DNA of 60,895 bases from Actinomycetes bacterium (GCA_021817065.1 JAKAWH010000003.1:1-60895); one strand, 5' to 3'; shown: positions 30,001-39,573, numbered from the stretch's first letter. The notes: generated by a model from the letters alone, not told the origin. Made by a program: numbers and translations.

Positions 30001-30304
30001 CGATACGACGCTCTCTCCCGCGCTCGAAGCCGAAGGGCTCGCTCGTGACCTGGTACGACTGGTTCAGAACACCCGCCGGGACGCCGGGTTCCACGTGGCG
30101 GACCGGATCAAGCTCCAGGTGTGCGCCGAACCCGGGATCACCGACCAGCTGCTGCCTCATTTCGACCATGTCGCCCACGAGACACTGGCAGTTTCCCTGG
30201 ACTGGGCCGGACCGGGCACGCCCCCTGCCTACCGGTTCACTGCCGCCGGAGAGCTGACCGGAGGTTACCGAGTGGATCTGTCACTGGAACGGGTTGCAGG
30301 GTAA
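27086..30304 (+). CDS. ileS: isoleucyl-tRNA synthetase
   Basis: HIGH (HYGHLL) and KMSKS (KLSKRL) motifs are present, and the large editing insertion is there. About 1072 aa from the ATG at 27086. The GTG at 27065 would add codons that include two rare TTA codons. Confidence 0.92.
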   Translation: MPSRAEHSYPEVPQQPHWPILEEEVLKYWASDDTFAATVHQREAGTNEYVFYDGPPFANGLPHYGHLLTGFVKDAVPRYQTMRGRRVERRFGWDCHGLPAEVEAEKELGLTGRAGITGLGIGQFNDHCRTLVLRTTDAWEHFVTRQARWVDFVHDYKTMDLPYMESVMWAFSQLWKKGLAYEGYRVLPYCWECETPLSNFETRQDDSYRPRQDPALTVSFTLGEDLPPELAAVAGNRTVKAIVWTTTPWTLPSNLALSVGADIEYAIVDRGGELWLLATTRLGAYAGVLGDSPTVVGTVPGSALVGASYRPLFPYFADHPGAFRVLAGDFVGEEEGTGIVHIAPGFGEDDQRVCDSNGITVVCPVDDRGRFTAPVSDYDGMQVFEANAPIARTLKAAGAVVAHETYEHSYPHCWRTDTPLIYKAMSSWFVAVTAIKDRMVELNRQITWVPEHVRDGAFGKWLEGARDWSISRNRFWGAPIPVWKSDDPRYPRIDVYGSLDELENDFGVRPSDLHRPDIDALTRPNPDDPTGASTMRRVPDVLDCWFESGSMPFAQLHYPFENADRFESHFPADFIVEYMAQTRGWFYTLHVLSTALFDCPPFRSCIAHGVVLGDDGRKLSKRLGNYPDPQEVFDSFGADAMRWFLLSSAVLRGGDIVVERSGMAEAVRQVLNPIWNAWYFLSLYSATDRVTGRIRTDQSGVLDRYILAKTASLVSGVTASLDAYDLPGATSHIASFIDALNNWYIRRSRDRFWRGWNGTVPGDGISDDPEDNDKIDAYDTLHTVLEVLLRAVAPLLPLLSEAIYRGLTGARSVHLADWPAPADLPSDPALVETMDLIREACSAAHSIRKACGLRARLPLASLTVAHPDAERFRPYAELIAEEVNVKEVILTAQVSSHADQVVNVVPSALGPRLGPKTQEVIRAVRAGNWRLDGDVLEAAGERLGSGEFAVKLEPRDPATSRALPESSGVVILDTTLSPALEAEGLARDLVRLVQNTRRDAGFHVADRIKLQVCAEPGITDQLLPHFDHVAHETLAVSLDWAGPGTPPAYRFTAAGELTGGYRVDLSLERVAG

Positions 30305-30328
30305 GAGCGTGCGCCGTCCCGGCACTAC

Positions 30329-31096
30329 CTAATCGCCCGCCGACCCCTTGCCAGTAGTCGCTGCAAGCATCTCCCGCACCGCGTCGCGTGCCGATCCCTG
30401 CCGGCTCGGAGCAGGTTGGCCCGCTGGAGGACCGGATGGCGGTGCGGTTGGCGGGGCAGCCGTTGCAGCTACTGGCGCGCCGGGAGGTTCGGGGAGTCGC
30501 GCCACATTCTCCTCCAGGATGCGAGCAGCGTCGGTGAGACCCTGCCGCAGACGAGCGTGCTCGGTCTCGAGGAACTTCTTCAAGTCCCGGACGTGGCCCT
30601 CCATCGCGACCCGCGACGTCTCGAGGGCGCGAACGCGCCCCTGGACGTCCTTCTCCGCTTCGCTGGTTATCTTGCGGGCGTCCTCCTTGGCGCGCTCGAC
30701 CACCGAAAGTGCCTCCGCCTTGGCCTTGGTGGCGATCTCCTCGGCTTCTTGCTTGGCTTCTGCGACCGCCATATCGGCGGTACGCTGGGCCAGGAGGAGC
30801 GTCCGCTTCAGTTGCTCCTCCGTCTCCCGGGACGGCGACGGCGCAGCAGCAGGCGGAGGCGGGACCCGCGATGCGGCCTCGGCACGTGCGGAGGTTTCGG
30901 CCAGTTGCTTGGCCTGCTCGGCGAGCTGGCGCTCCAGATGGTTGATTCGTTCGGTCGCCTGCCGGAGCTTCTCCTGGTAAACCTCGATACCAACGGCGAC
31001 CCTCTCCAGGAACTCGTCGACATCGTCCGGGTGATACCCACCCAGCTTCTTCTCGCGGAACTCGACCTCGCGAAGGGTCTTGGGAGAAACCTCCAT
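30329..31096 (-). CDS. divIVA: DivIVA/Wag31 cell-pole protein
   Basis: LREVEFREKKLGGYHPDDVDEFLERV followed by long coiled coils and a Pro/Ala tail. Confidence 0.88.
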   Translation of the reverse strand: MEVSPKTLREVEFREKKLGGYHPDDVDEFLERVAVGIEVYQEKLRQATERINHLERQLAEQAKQLAETSARAEAASRVPPPPAAAPSPSRETEEQLKRTLLLAQRTADMAVAEAKQEAEEIATKAKAEALSVVERAKEDARKITSEAEKDVQGRVRALETSRVAMEGHVRDLKKFLETEHARLRQGLTDAARILEENVARLPEPPGAPVAATAAPPTAPPSGPPAGQPAPSRQGSARDAVREMLAATTGKGSAGD

Positions 31097-31186
31097 CAGG
31101 CGCCCCGGATTTCAGTCATTGAAGACGTCACGGAGGCCGATCCTAACCGACTCGGCTGGCCGCATGGCGCGAGTGCTCGGCTGTAG

Positions 31187-31450
31187 TCAGAGCGCCGACA
31201 CAAGGGGCAGCACCACCACAAGCAGGACCAAGATCACGATCATCGGTGCGATATCGACCGCCATGCCCGATCCTGCCCGGATGGGAGGGATCACCCGGCG
31301 GACCGGTGCATATATCGGGTTGACGACCCGGGTCAGGAACGCCTGCACCGAATAGAGGGGGGAATCTGGATGGGTGGGTATCCAGGTGAGAACAGCTTGG
31401 CAAACCATTACCAGAATAAGGAGATCGACGAGGACTCGTAGGATGCTCAC
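31187..31450 (-). CDS. yggT: YggT-family membrane protein
   Basis: 87 aa, two TM helices, VVNPIYAPVRRVIPP motif, in the conserved position between sepF and divIVA. Confidence 0.8.
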   Translation of the reverse strand: MSILRVLVDLLILVMVCQAVLTWIPTHPDSPLYSVQAFLTRVVNPIYAPVRRVIPPIRAGSGMAVDIAPMIVILVLLVVVLPLVSAL

Positions 31451-31484
31451 CCCTGGTCTCCGTCCTGGTCGCGGCCCGACATCG

Positions 31485-32033
31485 TCAGTACCTGAATTGC
31501 CCGTTCTCCAGCCGCTGCCGCTCCTCTTCGGTCACTTCCACGTTGGGTGGAGTGATAAGAAAGACCTGGTCGGCCACCTTGTCCATCGACCCGCCCAGCG
31601 CGTAGGTCATCCCCGAACAGAAATCGATCATCCTCCGCGACAAGTCGCGGTCGACGTTCTGCAGGTTGACGATAACCGGCTGGCTGGCCTTGACGTTGTC
31701 TGCGATGCGCTGTGCGTCCTTGAATCTCTCGGGCATGACGATGTGAACATTGGAAGCCTGTGTCGGTGCGATAGGGCGCACCACGGCAGGCCGTGGCGAC
31801 ACTGCAGTCACCCGTGGTGCCTCGTCGCCTCCGAAGGTTCGGATCGATCCCATTCCCACTGCCGACTCGACTGGCGCCGGTGCGGTTGGCGCCGACCTCG
31901 ATCGGACCGGGGATACCGGAGCCGGAGCTGAAGCCGGGTACTCCCCATAGTCGCCGTAGGCGTCGTCGTCGTACTCGTCGTCATCGACGAGTCCTAGGTA
32001 CACCATCGCGCGGTGCACGATCGAGGAAGCCAT
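31485..32033 (-). CDS. sepF: cell division protein SepF
   Basis: N-terminus MVYLGLVDDDEY and C-terminal domain VIVNLQNVDRDLSRRMIDFCSGMTYALGGSMDKV. Confidence 0.88.
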   Translation of the reverse strand: MASSIVHRAMVYLGLVDDDEYDDDAYGDYGEYPASAPAPVSPVRSRSAPTAPAPVESAVGMGSIRTFGGDEAPRVTAVSPRPAVVRPIAPTQASNVHIVMPERFKDAQRIADNVKASQPVIVNLQNVDRDLSRRMIDFCSGMTYALGGSMDKVADQVFLITPPNVEVTEEERQRLENGQFRY

Positions 32034-32150
32034 CCATCTCCTTGAACGCAGGATTGTCTCACCGCCGGTAACTCGGGAGTAACCGGCGGGGGGCCGAAGC
32101 CGCCGCTCAGCTTACAGGCTCGGCAGAAAGGACTGTAGTGACCCACCCGG

Positions 32151-32184
32151 CAGCCGGGAATGCCAGCCGGGAATGTCAGCCGGA
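32151..32184. repeat. 13-bp tandem repeat, 2.6 copies, at the yggS stop codon
   Basis: cagccgggaatgc (32151), cagccgggaatgt (32164) and cagccgga (32177). The yggS stop (tca, 32176-32178) lies on the junction of copies 2 and 3. Confidence 0.85.
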
Positions 32185-32880
32185 GTCGGGTCTGTCCCCG
32201 AACAGAGCCCGCCCGATCCGGACCATGGTCGATCCTTCGGACACCGCGACTTCCAGATCGTCGGTCATCCCCATGGACAGTTCAGCGAGCCCGAGCTCAT
32301 CACGGCGGGCGGCCAACCAGGAGAAGCCTCTCCGCGATTCCTCAGGAAAGCCGTGAGGCCCGACCGCCATGAGCCCCTCTACCGCCAGCCCGAAGCTCCT
32401 TAGCCCGTGAACCAGCTCCTCCAGCTCGTCCGGAGCGCATCCGCCCCGGACCCCGGGCACCTGAACCGGCGGTCCGAACGAGTCCAGGTTGACCTGCACC
32501 AGGACCGCCGCCCCGGGCATCCTCCGGGCGATCGCCGCACCCGCTTCCAGGCGGTCCACCGACTGCCACAGCGTGACCCATTCGACCAGGCGAGGCACCT
32601 TGTTTCGTTGGACTCTCCCGAGGTAATGCCAACGAAATGGAACGTCGCTCTCCAGCGCCGAAGCTTTTCGTACCAGGTCGTCCGCGTAGTTCTCTCCCAG
32701 GTCGACCAGCCCAGTTTCGAGTGCGAGGCGGACTGCCTCCAGGTCATGGCCCTTGGTCACCGCGATCACCCTCACCCTTTCGGGATCGCCACCAGCCCGG
32801 ACGATCCGTTCCCGCACCATCTCGATCCGGGACTCCAGCCTGCGGAGGCGCTCCTGCCCCGGACTCAGCCTTTCCTCCAT
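32176..32880 (-). CDS. yggS: YggS-family PLP homeostasis protein
   Basis: VIAVTKGH (PLP lysine), LGENY and HYLGRVQRNK. The ATG at 32880 overlaps the end of pgeF by 16 nt. Confidence 0.85.
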   Translation of the reverse strand: MEERLSPGQERLRRLESRIEMVRERIVRAGGDPERVRVIAVTKGHDLEAVRLALETGLVDLGENYADDLVRKASALESDVPFRWHYLGRVQRNKVPRLVEWVTLWQSVDRLEAGAAIARRMPGAAVLVQVNLDSFGPPVQVPGVRGGCAPDELEELVHGLRSFGLAVEGLMAVGPHGFPEESRRGFSWLAARRDELGLAELSMGMTDDLEVAVSEGSTMVRIGRALFGDRPDSG

Positions 32881-33611
32881 ATCAGCCCAGCTTGGCGCTC
32901 GGCCTCCCCCCGGGCACGAGCCGAGTAATAGCGGGAGGCTTCGCAGGCGGTGCATCGCCCATCCCGGTAAACAGTCTCGACCCCCTCTGCGGCCAGCAGG
33001 TGGCCGACCGCCCGGCGAAGATCGAGTGCCGGCTTTCCGGAAGCGGCCGCCGCCCGGACCCCCGGTCGATTTCCACCGAAGGCGGCTTCGACCCTCTCCA
33101 GGTCCTCCTCCCCGAATTCATAGCACTCGGAACCGATACACGGACCGACTGCGGACTGGATTCTCCTCGCCCCCTGGGCTCGCATCACTTCGACTGCGGC
33201 AGGAATCACTCCAGCCACCAGTCCTCGCCAGCCGCAATGGACCGACGCGATGATCCCCTCTGGACTGGCAAGCAGGACTGGGGTGCAGTCAGCCACCATG
33301 ACCGCCAGACTGGCCGGCGACGCCGCCACCAGAGCGTCTCCATCCTCTCCTGTCGGGTCGCTCACACCGACAACCCGAACATCCCCGCCGTGGACCTGGT
33401 GGAGCCAGTGCCAACCACCTTCCCGCACCCCAGAGCGCGCGTCTCCCTGTCGGCGACCAGTGAACGCGAAGTAGGCACCGGTCTCGCCCAGCTCCCTGGC
33501 CGGAACCCCCGCCGGCCAGCCAGTCAGCGGAATTGCCTCACTTGAGGAAGGAAGGCACGTCGAAGTCGTCGTCGCCGATATCGAGGTCGTCGCCGCCCAA
33601 TCCCTCATCAT
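32865..33611 (-). CDS. pgeF: PgeF/YfiH-family (laccase-domain) protein
   Basis: ADCTPVLL and HCGWRG motifs. The 5' end is uncertain: the only ATG/GTG/TTG starts (33611/33608) lie 70+ nt inside ftsZ. Confidence 0.75.
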   Translation of the reverse strand: MMRDWAATTSISATTTSTCLPSSSEAIPLTGWPAGVPARELGETGAYFAFTGRRQGDARSGVREGGWHWLHQVHGGDVRVVGVSDPTGEDGDALVAASPASLAVMVADCTPVLLASPEGIIASVHCGWRGLVAGVIPAAVEVMRAQGARRIQSAVGPCIGSECYEFGEEDLERVEAAFGGNRPGVRAAAASGKPALDLRRAVGHLLAAEGVETVYRDGRCTACEASRYYSARARGEAERQAGLIWRKG

Positions 33612-34641
33612 CGTCAGACATCAATCCAAGGCCCAGGCCGGTGGCCGGTCGGGAGCTGCGGGAGCCACCGCGTTCGTCCCAGCGCTCGAACCCGGCCGCG
33701 ATGACGGTGACTCGGACCGTGTCACCCAGCGAATCGTCGATCACGTTTCCGAAGATGATATTGGCATCAGGGTGGGCCACCTTGTGAATTATCTCGGCGG
33801 CTTCGTTCACCTCGAAAAGTCCGAGATCCGGCCCGCCGGCGATGTTGAGCAATATTCCTCGGGCCCCTTCGATGGATGCCTCCAGCAGGGGGCTTGTGAT
33901 GGCCGAACGGGCTGCGTTGACTGCCCGGCCTTCGCCGGTCGACGTCCCGATGCCCATGATCGCCGTACCCGCGTTCTGCATGATCATCTTCACATCGGCA
34001 AAGTCGGTGTTGATCAGCCCGGGAGTGGTGATGAGGTCAGTGATCCCCTGGACGCCGTGAAGCAGGACCTCGTCCGCGATCTTAAAGGCTGCCACGATCG
34101 GGGTCTTCTCGTTGGCCACCGAAAGGAGGCGATCGTTGGGGATGATGATGAGGGTGTCCACCTTCTCCTTGAGACGCTGGATACCCTGCTCGGCCTGAAC
34201 CGAGCGGCGCTTGCCCTCGAAAGTGAATGGCCGGGTGACCACCCCGATGGTGAGAGCACCGAGTCCCTTGGCTATTTCTGCCACGACCGGTGCTGCTCCG
34301 GTACCGGTTCCTCCGCCCTTGCCCGCGGTAATGAAGACCATATCGGCACCCTTGAGGGTCTCGGCGATCTCCTCGGTGTGGTCCGCGGCTGCCTGGCGAC
34401 CGACCTCCGGGTCGCTGCCCGCCCCCAGACCCTTGGTCAGTTCTCGTCCGATGTCCAGCTTGACGTCGGCATCGCTGGACAGGAGTGCTTGCGCGTCCGT
34501 ATTGACCGCCACGAACTCCACTCCGCGAAGACCGGCCTCCACCATCCGGTTGACGGCGTTGCAGCCAGCTCCCCCGACTCCGACCACCTTGATGACGGCG
34601 ATGTAATTGCCATGCCGTCCGCCCTGGAATGTGTCGACCAT
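33538..34641 (-). CDS. ftsZ: cell division GTPase FtsZ
   Basis: [14 protein letters not shown] tubulin signature and an acidic C-terminal [10 protein letters not shown] peptide. Confidence 0.95.
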   Translation of the reverse strand: MVDTFQGGRHGNYIAVIKVVGVGGAGCNAVNRMVEAGLRGVEFVAVNTDAQALLSSDADVKLDIGRELTKGLGAGSDPEVGRQAAADHTEEIAETLKGADMVFITAGKGGGTGTGAAPVVAEIAKGLGALTIGVVTRPFTFEGKRRSVQAEQGIQRLKEKVDTLIIIPNDRLLSVANEKTPIVAAFKIADEVLLHGVQGITDLITTPGLINTDFADVKMIMQNAGTAIMGIGTSTGEGRAVNAARSAITSPLLEASIEGARGILLNIAGGPDLGLFEVNEAAEIIHKVAHPDANIIFGNVIDDSLGDTVRVTVIAAGFERWDERGGSRSSRPATGLGLGLMSDDDEGLGGDDLDIGDDDFDVPSFLK

Positions 34642-34811
34642 CAGACTCGTCTCATCTCCCTTGGAGGGTTGCCGGGTGTCGGCGTCTGTCCATCACCCGC
34701 ATTATCCGTGCTAGGCACGCACAATAATGGGTATTACTTTAGGCAGAACACCTTCTCCCATGCGGGGATGACCGTCAAGTTCTCGGGAGGGGATGACCAC
34801 AGTTATCGGGC

Positions 34812-35732
34812 CTACGGGGACGCAGTCGGCTGGGATGGGAGTGTCAGGTCGACCCGGGTCATGCCTTTCAGGTCGGCCTCGGTGACCAGAGTCGCCAGAG
34901 CATCGTACTTGGCGCCAAGCTCGATCGGGGGTCCGAGCAGGACCTGGAGGGTACTTCCCCAGGTCAATTTGACCTCGCTGCCCGGCAAGACGGTGATTCC
35001 CGTGACACCTGAGTTCGGTGCAGCGGCATTGGGCTCCAGGCTGGACGGTAGCGACCCAGCAACCGTGAGGGCCGGTCGCGCCGAGCTTCGGAGCCTTCTC
35101 CCCGGAACCGGCGCGGTGAAACCGTTCATGACCGGCAGTCTCTCTCCCCCCGCCGGACCGAGCACCCTCCCGGTGGCGTCGACGAGCTCGGTCACACCCG
35201 CCTTCCCAGCCACTTTGGCTACCGGTGTGCGCTCGACCACTTCTATTGACATGGTCCAGGGCCAGTGTCGCACCACCGTGGCTGATGCAATCCACGGAAG
35301 AGAATCCAGCCTCCGGGCGATCGAAGCGGGATCGGCATCGATCATCGGGGTGGCGCCGATGCGGATGCCGGCCACCTGGGCGACCAGGCCTTCCGGTTCA
35401 TGACTGTTCCCGGTGACCTCCAGGTGCTTGACCGAAAGAAGCGAGGAATGGAAGACGAATAGGGCGAACACCGCAGCGAGAGCGGTCCAGACAACCCCGA
35501 TCAGGATGCGGAGACGGTGGCGACCCTCTTGCCGAGTCACTTCCACCCGACGTTGGCGAATCCGCGGGTTGATGGGAACGGCCTGGCGGGTCCTGGTGCC
35601 TTCTTTCCGGGCGTCCTTCCCCCGGGTCCTGGTGCCTTCTTTCCGGGCGTCCTTCCCCCGGGTCCTGGTGCCTTCTTTCCGGGCGTCCTTCCCCCGGGTC
35701 CGGGTTCGCGCCCGGTCAGTTCGTACCAACAT
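34812..35732 (-). CDS. ftsQ: cell division protein FtsQ/DivIB with a repeat-expanded N-terminal tail
   Basis: Arg-rich tail, single TM (LRILIGVVWTALAAVFALFVF) and a POTRA-like segment (VKHLEVTGN). The position between murB and ftsZ fits. RGKDARKEGTRT occurs 3 times. Confidence 0.8.
   Translation of the reverse strand: MLVRTDRARTRTRGKDARKEGTRTRGKDARKEGTRTRGKDARKEGTRTRQAVPINPRIRQRRVEVTRQEGRHRLRILIGVVWTALAAVFALFVFHSSLLSVKHLEVTGNSHEPEGLVAQVAGIRIGATPMIDADPASIARRLDSLPWIASATVVRHWPWTMSIEVVERTPVAKVAGKAGVTELVDATGRVLGPAGGERLPVMNGFTAPVPGRRLRSSARPALTVAGSLPSSLEPNAAAPNSGVTGITVLPGSEVKLTWGSTLQVLLGPPIELGAKYDALATLVTEADLKGMTRVDLTLPSQPTASP
35588..35701. repeat. perfect 36-bp tandem repeat, 3.2 copies, in frame in the ftsQ 5' end
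   Basis: The unit gggtcctggtgccttctttccgggcgtccttccccc occurs at 35588, 35624 and 35660, with a partial copy at 35696-35701. Confidence 0.95.
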
Positions 35733-36903
35733 GGCGACCTCCCATCGAAACGGCCCATTCCGGTTCTCCCGATCCGGGTGAGAACGGGTACCGCGCGCTG
35801 AATTCGTCCCATCCGGCTATGACCGGCTCTCCCAGAACCCGGACCTCGGGGATGAGTTCGATACCCAGCCGCCGGCGGACCTCCCCCGCAATGTGGGCTC
35901 CGACCGTCACGATCTGGTCCCCGCACGCACCTCCGAGATTGCACAGCGCCAGGATATGGCGAGCCCCCAGCCCAACCGGCCCCCACCTGTCACCGTTCAT
36001 GAAACCTGCTGCTCGGAGCACGATGGCGGCCGGCAACCGGACTGCCGCGACATCGGGCCGGTACCACTCGAGAAAGCGCTCGGCGAACTCAGGACCCCGG
36101 ACTGATTCAGCAATCTCCTTCGCCGAATCCGGGGGCACCGAGGGACCGACGAAGAAACTCCCCGAGCAGGGCACCCATCCTTCGCCACCCACCACCATTC
36201 CCTTGGTGGAGCGAAGTTCAAGAACCGATTGCCGCCGGGCTCCGAGGTCGGCCTCGGAGCGGCCCCGATCGCGGTGCCACCTGGCAAGATCCGCATATCG
36301 AAGAGGCTCCGGCGCATGGCGGGAAAGGAGCAGATGGACCGCCAGGATGACCAATGGGGGAGAAAATCCGCCGGAAGCCTTGAGGCTGCTCCGTCGATAG
36401 GCGAATGCCAGCTCGGTAGGACCGAGCCGCACCTCTTCGCCTGTCGACATATCCAGAGCCTCAGCGGTGACGAAAACGTCAGAGATGGACTGCCCGTAGG
36501 CCGCGACGTTCTGCGCCACCGCGGCACCGATCGTTCCGGGGATTCCCGAGAGCAATTCGATGCCCGCCAGTCCCTCCGAGCACGACGCTTGGACCGCCGC
36601 ATCCAGGCTGCAACTCGCTTCCACCTCCATGAGCACGTCTCCCCCGCTTCGCACCTCGAAATCCCCCAGGGAACCGCCCCGGAAGATGACCAACCTGCCC
36701 TCGAACTTCTCACTCACAATGGTGTTGGAAAGCTCGCCCGCAACCATGAGAAAGCGCCTCTCGGACTGGTCGGTGAGGCGGACCAATTCGGCCAGTTCCT
36801 GTGGAGCGGAGACGGCTACCGCGTCCCCAGAGAGCGACGCCACCTCCGACGTATTCATGAAGGCGAGCTCGCCGAGCGGGACATCCCGCATCCCGGCTGT
36901 CAT
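35716..36903 (-). CDS. murB: UDP-N-acetylenolpyruvoylglucosamine reductase
   Basis: FAD-binding-domain pattern with GIPGTIGAAVAQNVAAYG. ATGA overlap with the murC stop. 395 aa. Confidence 0.75.
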   Translation of the reverse strand: MTAGMRDVPLGELAFMNTSEVASLSGDAVAVSAPQELAELVRLTDQSERRFLMVAGELSNTIVSEKFEGRLVIFRGGSLGDFEVRSGGDVLMEVEASCSLDAAVQASCSEGLAGIELLSGIPGTIGAAVAQNVAAYGQSISDVFVTAEALDMSTGEEVRLGPTELAFAYRRSSLKASGGFSPPLVILAVHLLLSRHAPEPLRYADLARWHRDRGRSEADLGARRQSVLELRSTKGMVVGGEGWVPCSGSFFVGPSVPPDSAKEIAESVRGPEFAERFLEWYRPDVAAVRLPAAIVLRAAGFMNGDRWGPVGLGARHILALCNLGGACGDQIVTVGAHIAGEVRRRLGIELIPEVRVLGEPVIAGWDEFSARYPFSPGSGEPEWAVSMGGRHVGTN

Positions 36904-38264
36904 TGCCCGTAAACCTCGGGTCCCATCCCGATCATGTCGCCCGCCGACATAACTAAGCAGAGGTCACCGGGCCGGAGGATCTCTCGGAGCACTCCGGCGA
37001 GCTCCGAGCGGTCCGGCACGTAACGGACCGGGATCTCGGGGTTCTCCCGAGCGACGGACCGCGCCACCACTTCGCCGGTCACCCCAGGAACCGGTTGCTC
37101 CCCGGCCGGATAGATGCCGGTGACCACCACCTGATGGGCTCCCCGGAATGCGTCCCCGTAGGTCTCCCCCAGCGCTGCGATCCGGGAAAAGCGGTGCGGC
37201 TGGAAAACGCAGACGATCCGGTCCCATTGGCCGGCTGCTGCTGAAATAGTGGCTGCGATCTCTCCGGGCAGGTGGGCGTAGTCGTCCACGAAAGTGACGC
37301 CCTGCAGTGTCCCCCGAATCTGGAAGCGGCGTGCGACCCCCGAGAAGCGCTCCAATGCCCGCACCGCCGCCTGCAGGCTAGCTCCCAGCTCGCACGCAAC
37401 GGCAAGCGCGCCGGTCGCATTGCGAGCCACATGGAGGCCAGGAGCGGGGACTGCTATCTTGCCGAGCGGCTCACCGCGAAGGGCGATCTCGAAACGCACC
37501 GAGTTGCGGGAGGCAATCGGGTCGACGATCCGGTAATCCGCGGTCACTGAAGTTCCGTAGGTGACAGCACGGGCGCCCGCCCGTCCTGTGAGGGCCGCAG
37601 CGCAAGGATCGTCGGCGCAAAGAACCACCGGCCCCTCAACCCTGCCGACGAACTCCTCGAAGGCCGCCACCAAAGCATCGAAAGACCCGTAGTTGTCGAT
37701 GTGGTCCGGCTCCACATTGGTCACCACCGCGGCGCGGGCATCGAGGCCAAGGAATGTGCCGTCGCTCTCGTCGGCTTCGACGACCATCCACCTGCCGGAG
37801 CCGAGTGACGCACCGGAGCCGATCTCGTTCAGCTCGCCCCCGACGATGAATCCCGGATCCCATCCTGCTTCGATCAGGACCAGAGTCAGCATCGAGGAGG
37901 TAGTGGTCTTGCCGTGGGTTCCTGCCACCGCCACGGTCTCTCGCAAGCTCGACATGGCACCGAGGAGCTCGGACCTGCGAAACACCGGAATGTCGTTGAG
38001 TCGTGCGGATCGCACCTCTGGATTGTCCGGACCGATCGCGGTCGAAATTCCGACCAGCTCGGCACCGTCGACGTTGGAGGGGTCGTGTCCCACCGACACC
38101 ACCACGCCCAGAGCACGCAGCCGATCCAGAGCGGGCGACCCCTTGAGATCGCTCCCGGACACGATATGTCCCAGCTCAGCCAGAACGGTCCCGATGGCAC
38201 TCATTCCGGCTCCACCTGCTCCCACCAGGTGGATGCGTCGCGGACGGCTCAGGTCCGGGCGCAT
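36900..38264 (-). CDS. murC: UDP-N-acetylmuramate-L-alanine ligase
   Basis: From the ATG at 38264: MRPDLSRPRRIHLVGAGGAGMSAIG..., GTHGKTTT. The upstream 219 codons of the track ORF overlap murG out of frame and were discarded. Confidence 0.88.
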   Translation of the reverse strand: MRPDLSRPRRIHLVGAGGAGMSAIGTVLAELGHIVSGSDLKGSPALDRLRALGVVVSVGHDPSNVDGAELVGISTAIGPDNPEVRSARLNDIPVFRRSELLGAMSSLRETVAVAGTHGKTTTSSMLTLVLIEAGWDPGFIVGGELNEIGSGASLGSGRWMVVEADESDGTFLGLDARAAVVTNVEPDHIDNYGSFDALVAAFEEFVGRVEGPVVLCADDPCAAALTGRAGARAVTYGTSVTADYRIVDPIASRNSVRFEIALRGEPLGKIAVPAPGLHVARNATGALAVACELGASLQAAVRALERFSGVARRFQIRGTLQGVTFVDDYAHLPGEIAATISAAAGQWDRIVCVFQPHRFSRIAALGETYGDAFRGAHQVVVTGIYPAGEQPVPGVTGEVVARSVARENPEIPVRYVPDRSELAGVLREILRPGDLCLVMSAGDMIGMGPEVYGQ

Positions 38265-39568
38265 CGCTCCACCAGCTCGGCAATCGCCTGGGCGGCCCCA
38301 GGGCGCGCCAGAGCTCGCGCGTTCCTTCCCATGCATTGGGTCCGGGCGGGATCGGTAGCAAGGTCGGTGATCACCGCGGCAAGCTCTTCGCCAGTGCACG
38401 CGCCGTCGGGCAGGACGACCGCCGCCCCCCCCTGTTCGAGCACCCGGGCATTGGCCCCCTGGTGATCGCCCGGCGAACCGGGGAGCGGTACCAGCAACGC
38501 CGCCCGTGAGGCGGCGCACACCTCGGCGACGGTGGTCGCCCCCGCCCGGGAAACAATAAGGTCGGCCGCAGCCAGAGCGAGATCCATCCGATCCTCGTAC
38601 TCGACCGCTTGGTAGAGGAGATGCCCGCGGGGAGGGCCTGCCTGCCCGACCGGATCCTGGGCTGGCTCGCCGTGGCTGATATCGGAGCCGACCGGATCCT
38701 GGGCTGGCTCGCCGTGGCTGATATCGGAGCCGACCGGATCCTGGGCTGGCTCGCCGTGGCTGATATCGGAGCCGACCGGATCCTGGGCTGGCTCGCCGTG
38801 GCTGATATCGGAGCCGACCGCTCCAAACACCTCCGAGATTGCCCGTTGGGTTCCTGGCCAGTCGCGCCGGCCGAACACGTGCCGAACGGCGATGTCGCTC
38901 CGACCCGACAGGGCACGGCACATTCCCGTCGTTGCCTCGTTGATCCGCCGGGCCCCCAGCGAACCACCGAATGCCAGTACGGTGAATCGGTCAGCGGGGA
39001 GTCCCAATTCCTCCCTCGCCCGCGCCCGAGCATTCGGATCCTCGCCGATCGCGGTGATGGCCGGCCTGACCGGGTTGCCGGTCACCACTTCGTTGCGCAA
39101 CCCCGTCCCGGGAAAAGCCACCGCACACCCTGCGGCGAATCGAGAGGCCAGGCGGTTGGATATTCCCGCCACCGCGTTGGACTCGGCGACCACAACCGGG
39201 ATCCGGCACAGCCGAGCGGCGAGGGCGGCAGGGAATCCCGCATAGCCACCCACGGTTACCACAGCACGGGGGCGGTGTCGGAGCAGGGACACTACCGAGA
39301 GGACGAAAGCCCAGCCGATACCCGCCACAGCACCCAGGACCGCTGGCGAGAGGCGGCGCGGAATGCCCCTGCCGGGCATCAGCTCCAGCGGGAACTTTGC
39401 CCGGGGCACCAGAGTGGCTTCCAGTCCCCGCCGGGAGCCGACGAAGCCAATCGAATCCCGGGAGTAGCCCCGCTCGACCAGGGCCTCGGCAATGGACAGG
39501 GCAGGCATAACGTGCCCGGCCGTCCCCCCCCCTGCGACGACCAGGCTCCAACGTCCTCCGGCCACCAC
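38249..39568 (-). CDS. murG: MurG glycosyltransferase (lipid II synthesis) with a 4x14-aa insertion
   Basis: GTG at 39568 lies after GAGGAAA and 5 nt after the ftsW stop. GGGTAGHVMPA G-loop and VSRAGATTVAE are present. GSDISHGEPAQDPV x4 is inserted before the C-domain helix. Confidence 0.85.
   Translation of the reverse strand: MVAGGRWSLVVAGGGTAGHVMPALSIAEALVERGYSRDSIGFVGSRRGLEATLVPRAKFPLELMPGRGIPRRLSPAVLGAVAGIGWAFVLSVVSLLRHRPRAVVTVGGYAGFPAALAARLCRIPVVVAESNAVAGISNRLASRFAAGCAVAFPGTGLRNEVVTGNPVRPAITAIGEDPNARARAREELGLPADRFTVLAFGGSLGARRINEATTGMCRALSGRSDIAVRHVFGRRDWPGTQRAISEVFGAVGSDISHGEPAQDPVGSDISHGEPAQDPVGSDISHGEPAQDPVGSDISHGEPAQDPVGQAGPPRGHLLYQAVEYEDRMDLALAAADLIVSRAGATTVAEVCAASRAALLVPLPGSPGDHQGANARVLEQGGAAVVLPDGACTGEELAAVITDLATDPARTQCMGRNARALARPGAAQAIAELVERCART
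38646..38820. repeat. perfect 42-bp tandem repeat, 4.2 copies, in frame inside murG
   Basis: The unit ccgaccggatcctgggctggctcgccgtggctgatatcggag occurs at 38646, 38688, 38730 and 38772, with a partial copy at 38814-38820. Confidence 0.95.
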
Positions 39569-39573
39569 TTTCC

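Noticed and set aside
38646-38820. Possibility that the 42-bp array (and the 33-, 36- and 57-bp arrays) is a CRISPR array.
   Set aside because: The units are directly adjacent with no unique spacers, lie in frame inside conserved genes, and no cas genes are present.
36900-38921. Very long N-terminal extensions in the ORF track for murC (673 aa), murG (709 aa), ftsI (760 aa), rsmH (618 aa), asnB (689 aa), dinB and others.
   Set aside because: The extensions overlap the upstream gene out of frame and carry no homology. Internal starts that abut or overlap the upstream stop (ATGA/GTGA) give proteins of normal length, so the features were trimmed. The repeated RLRYQPRRASPGSG in the murC extension is just the murG 42-bp repeat read in another frame.
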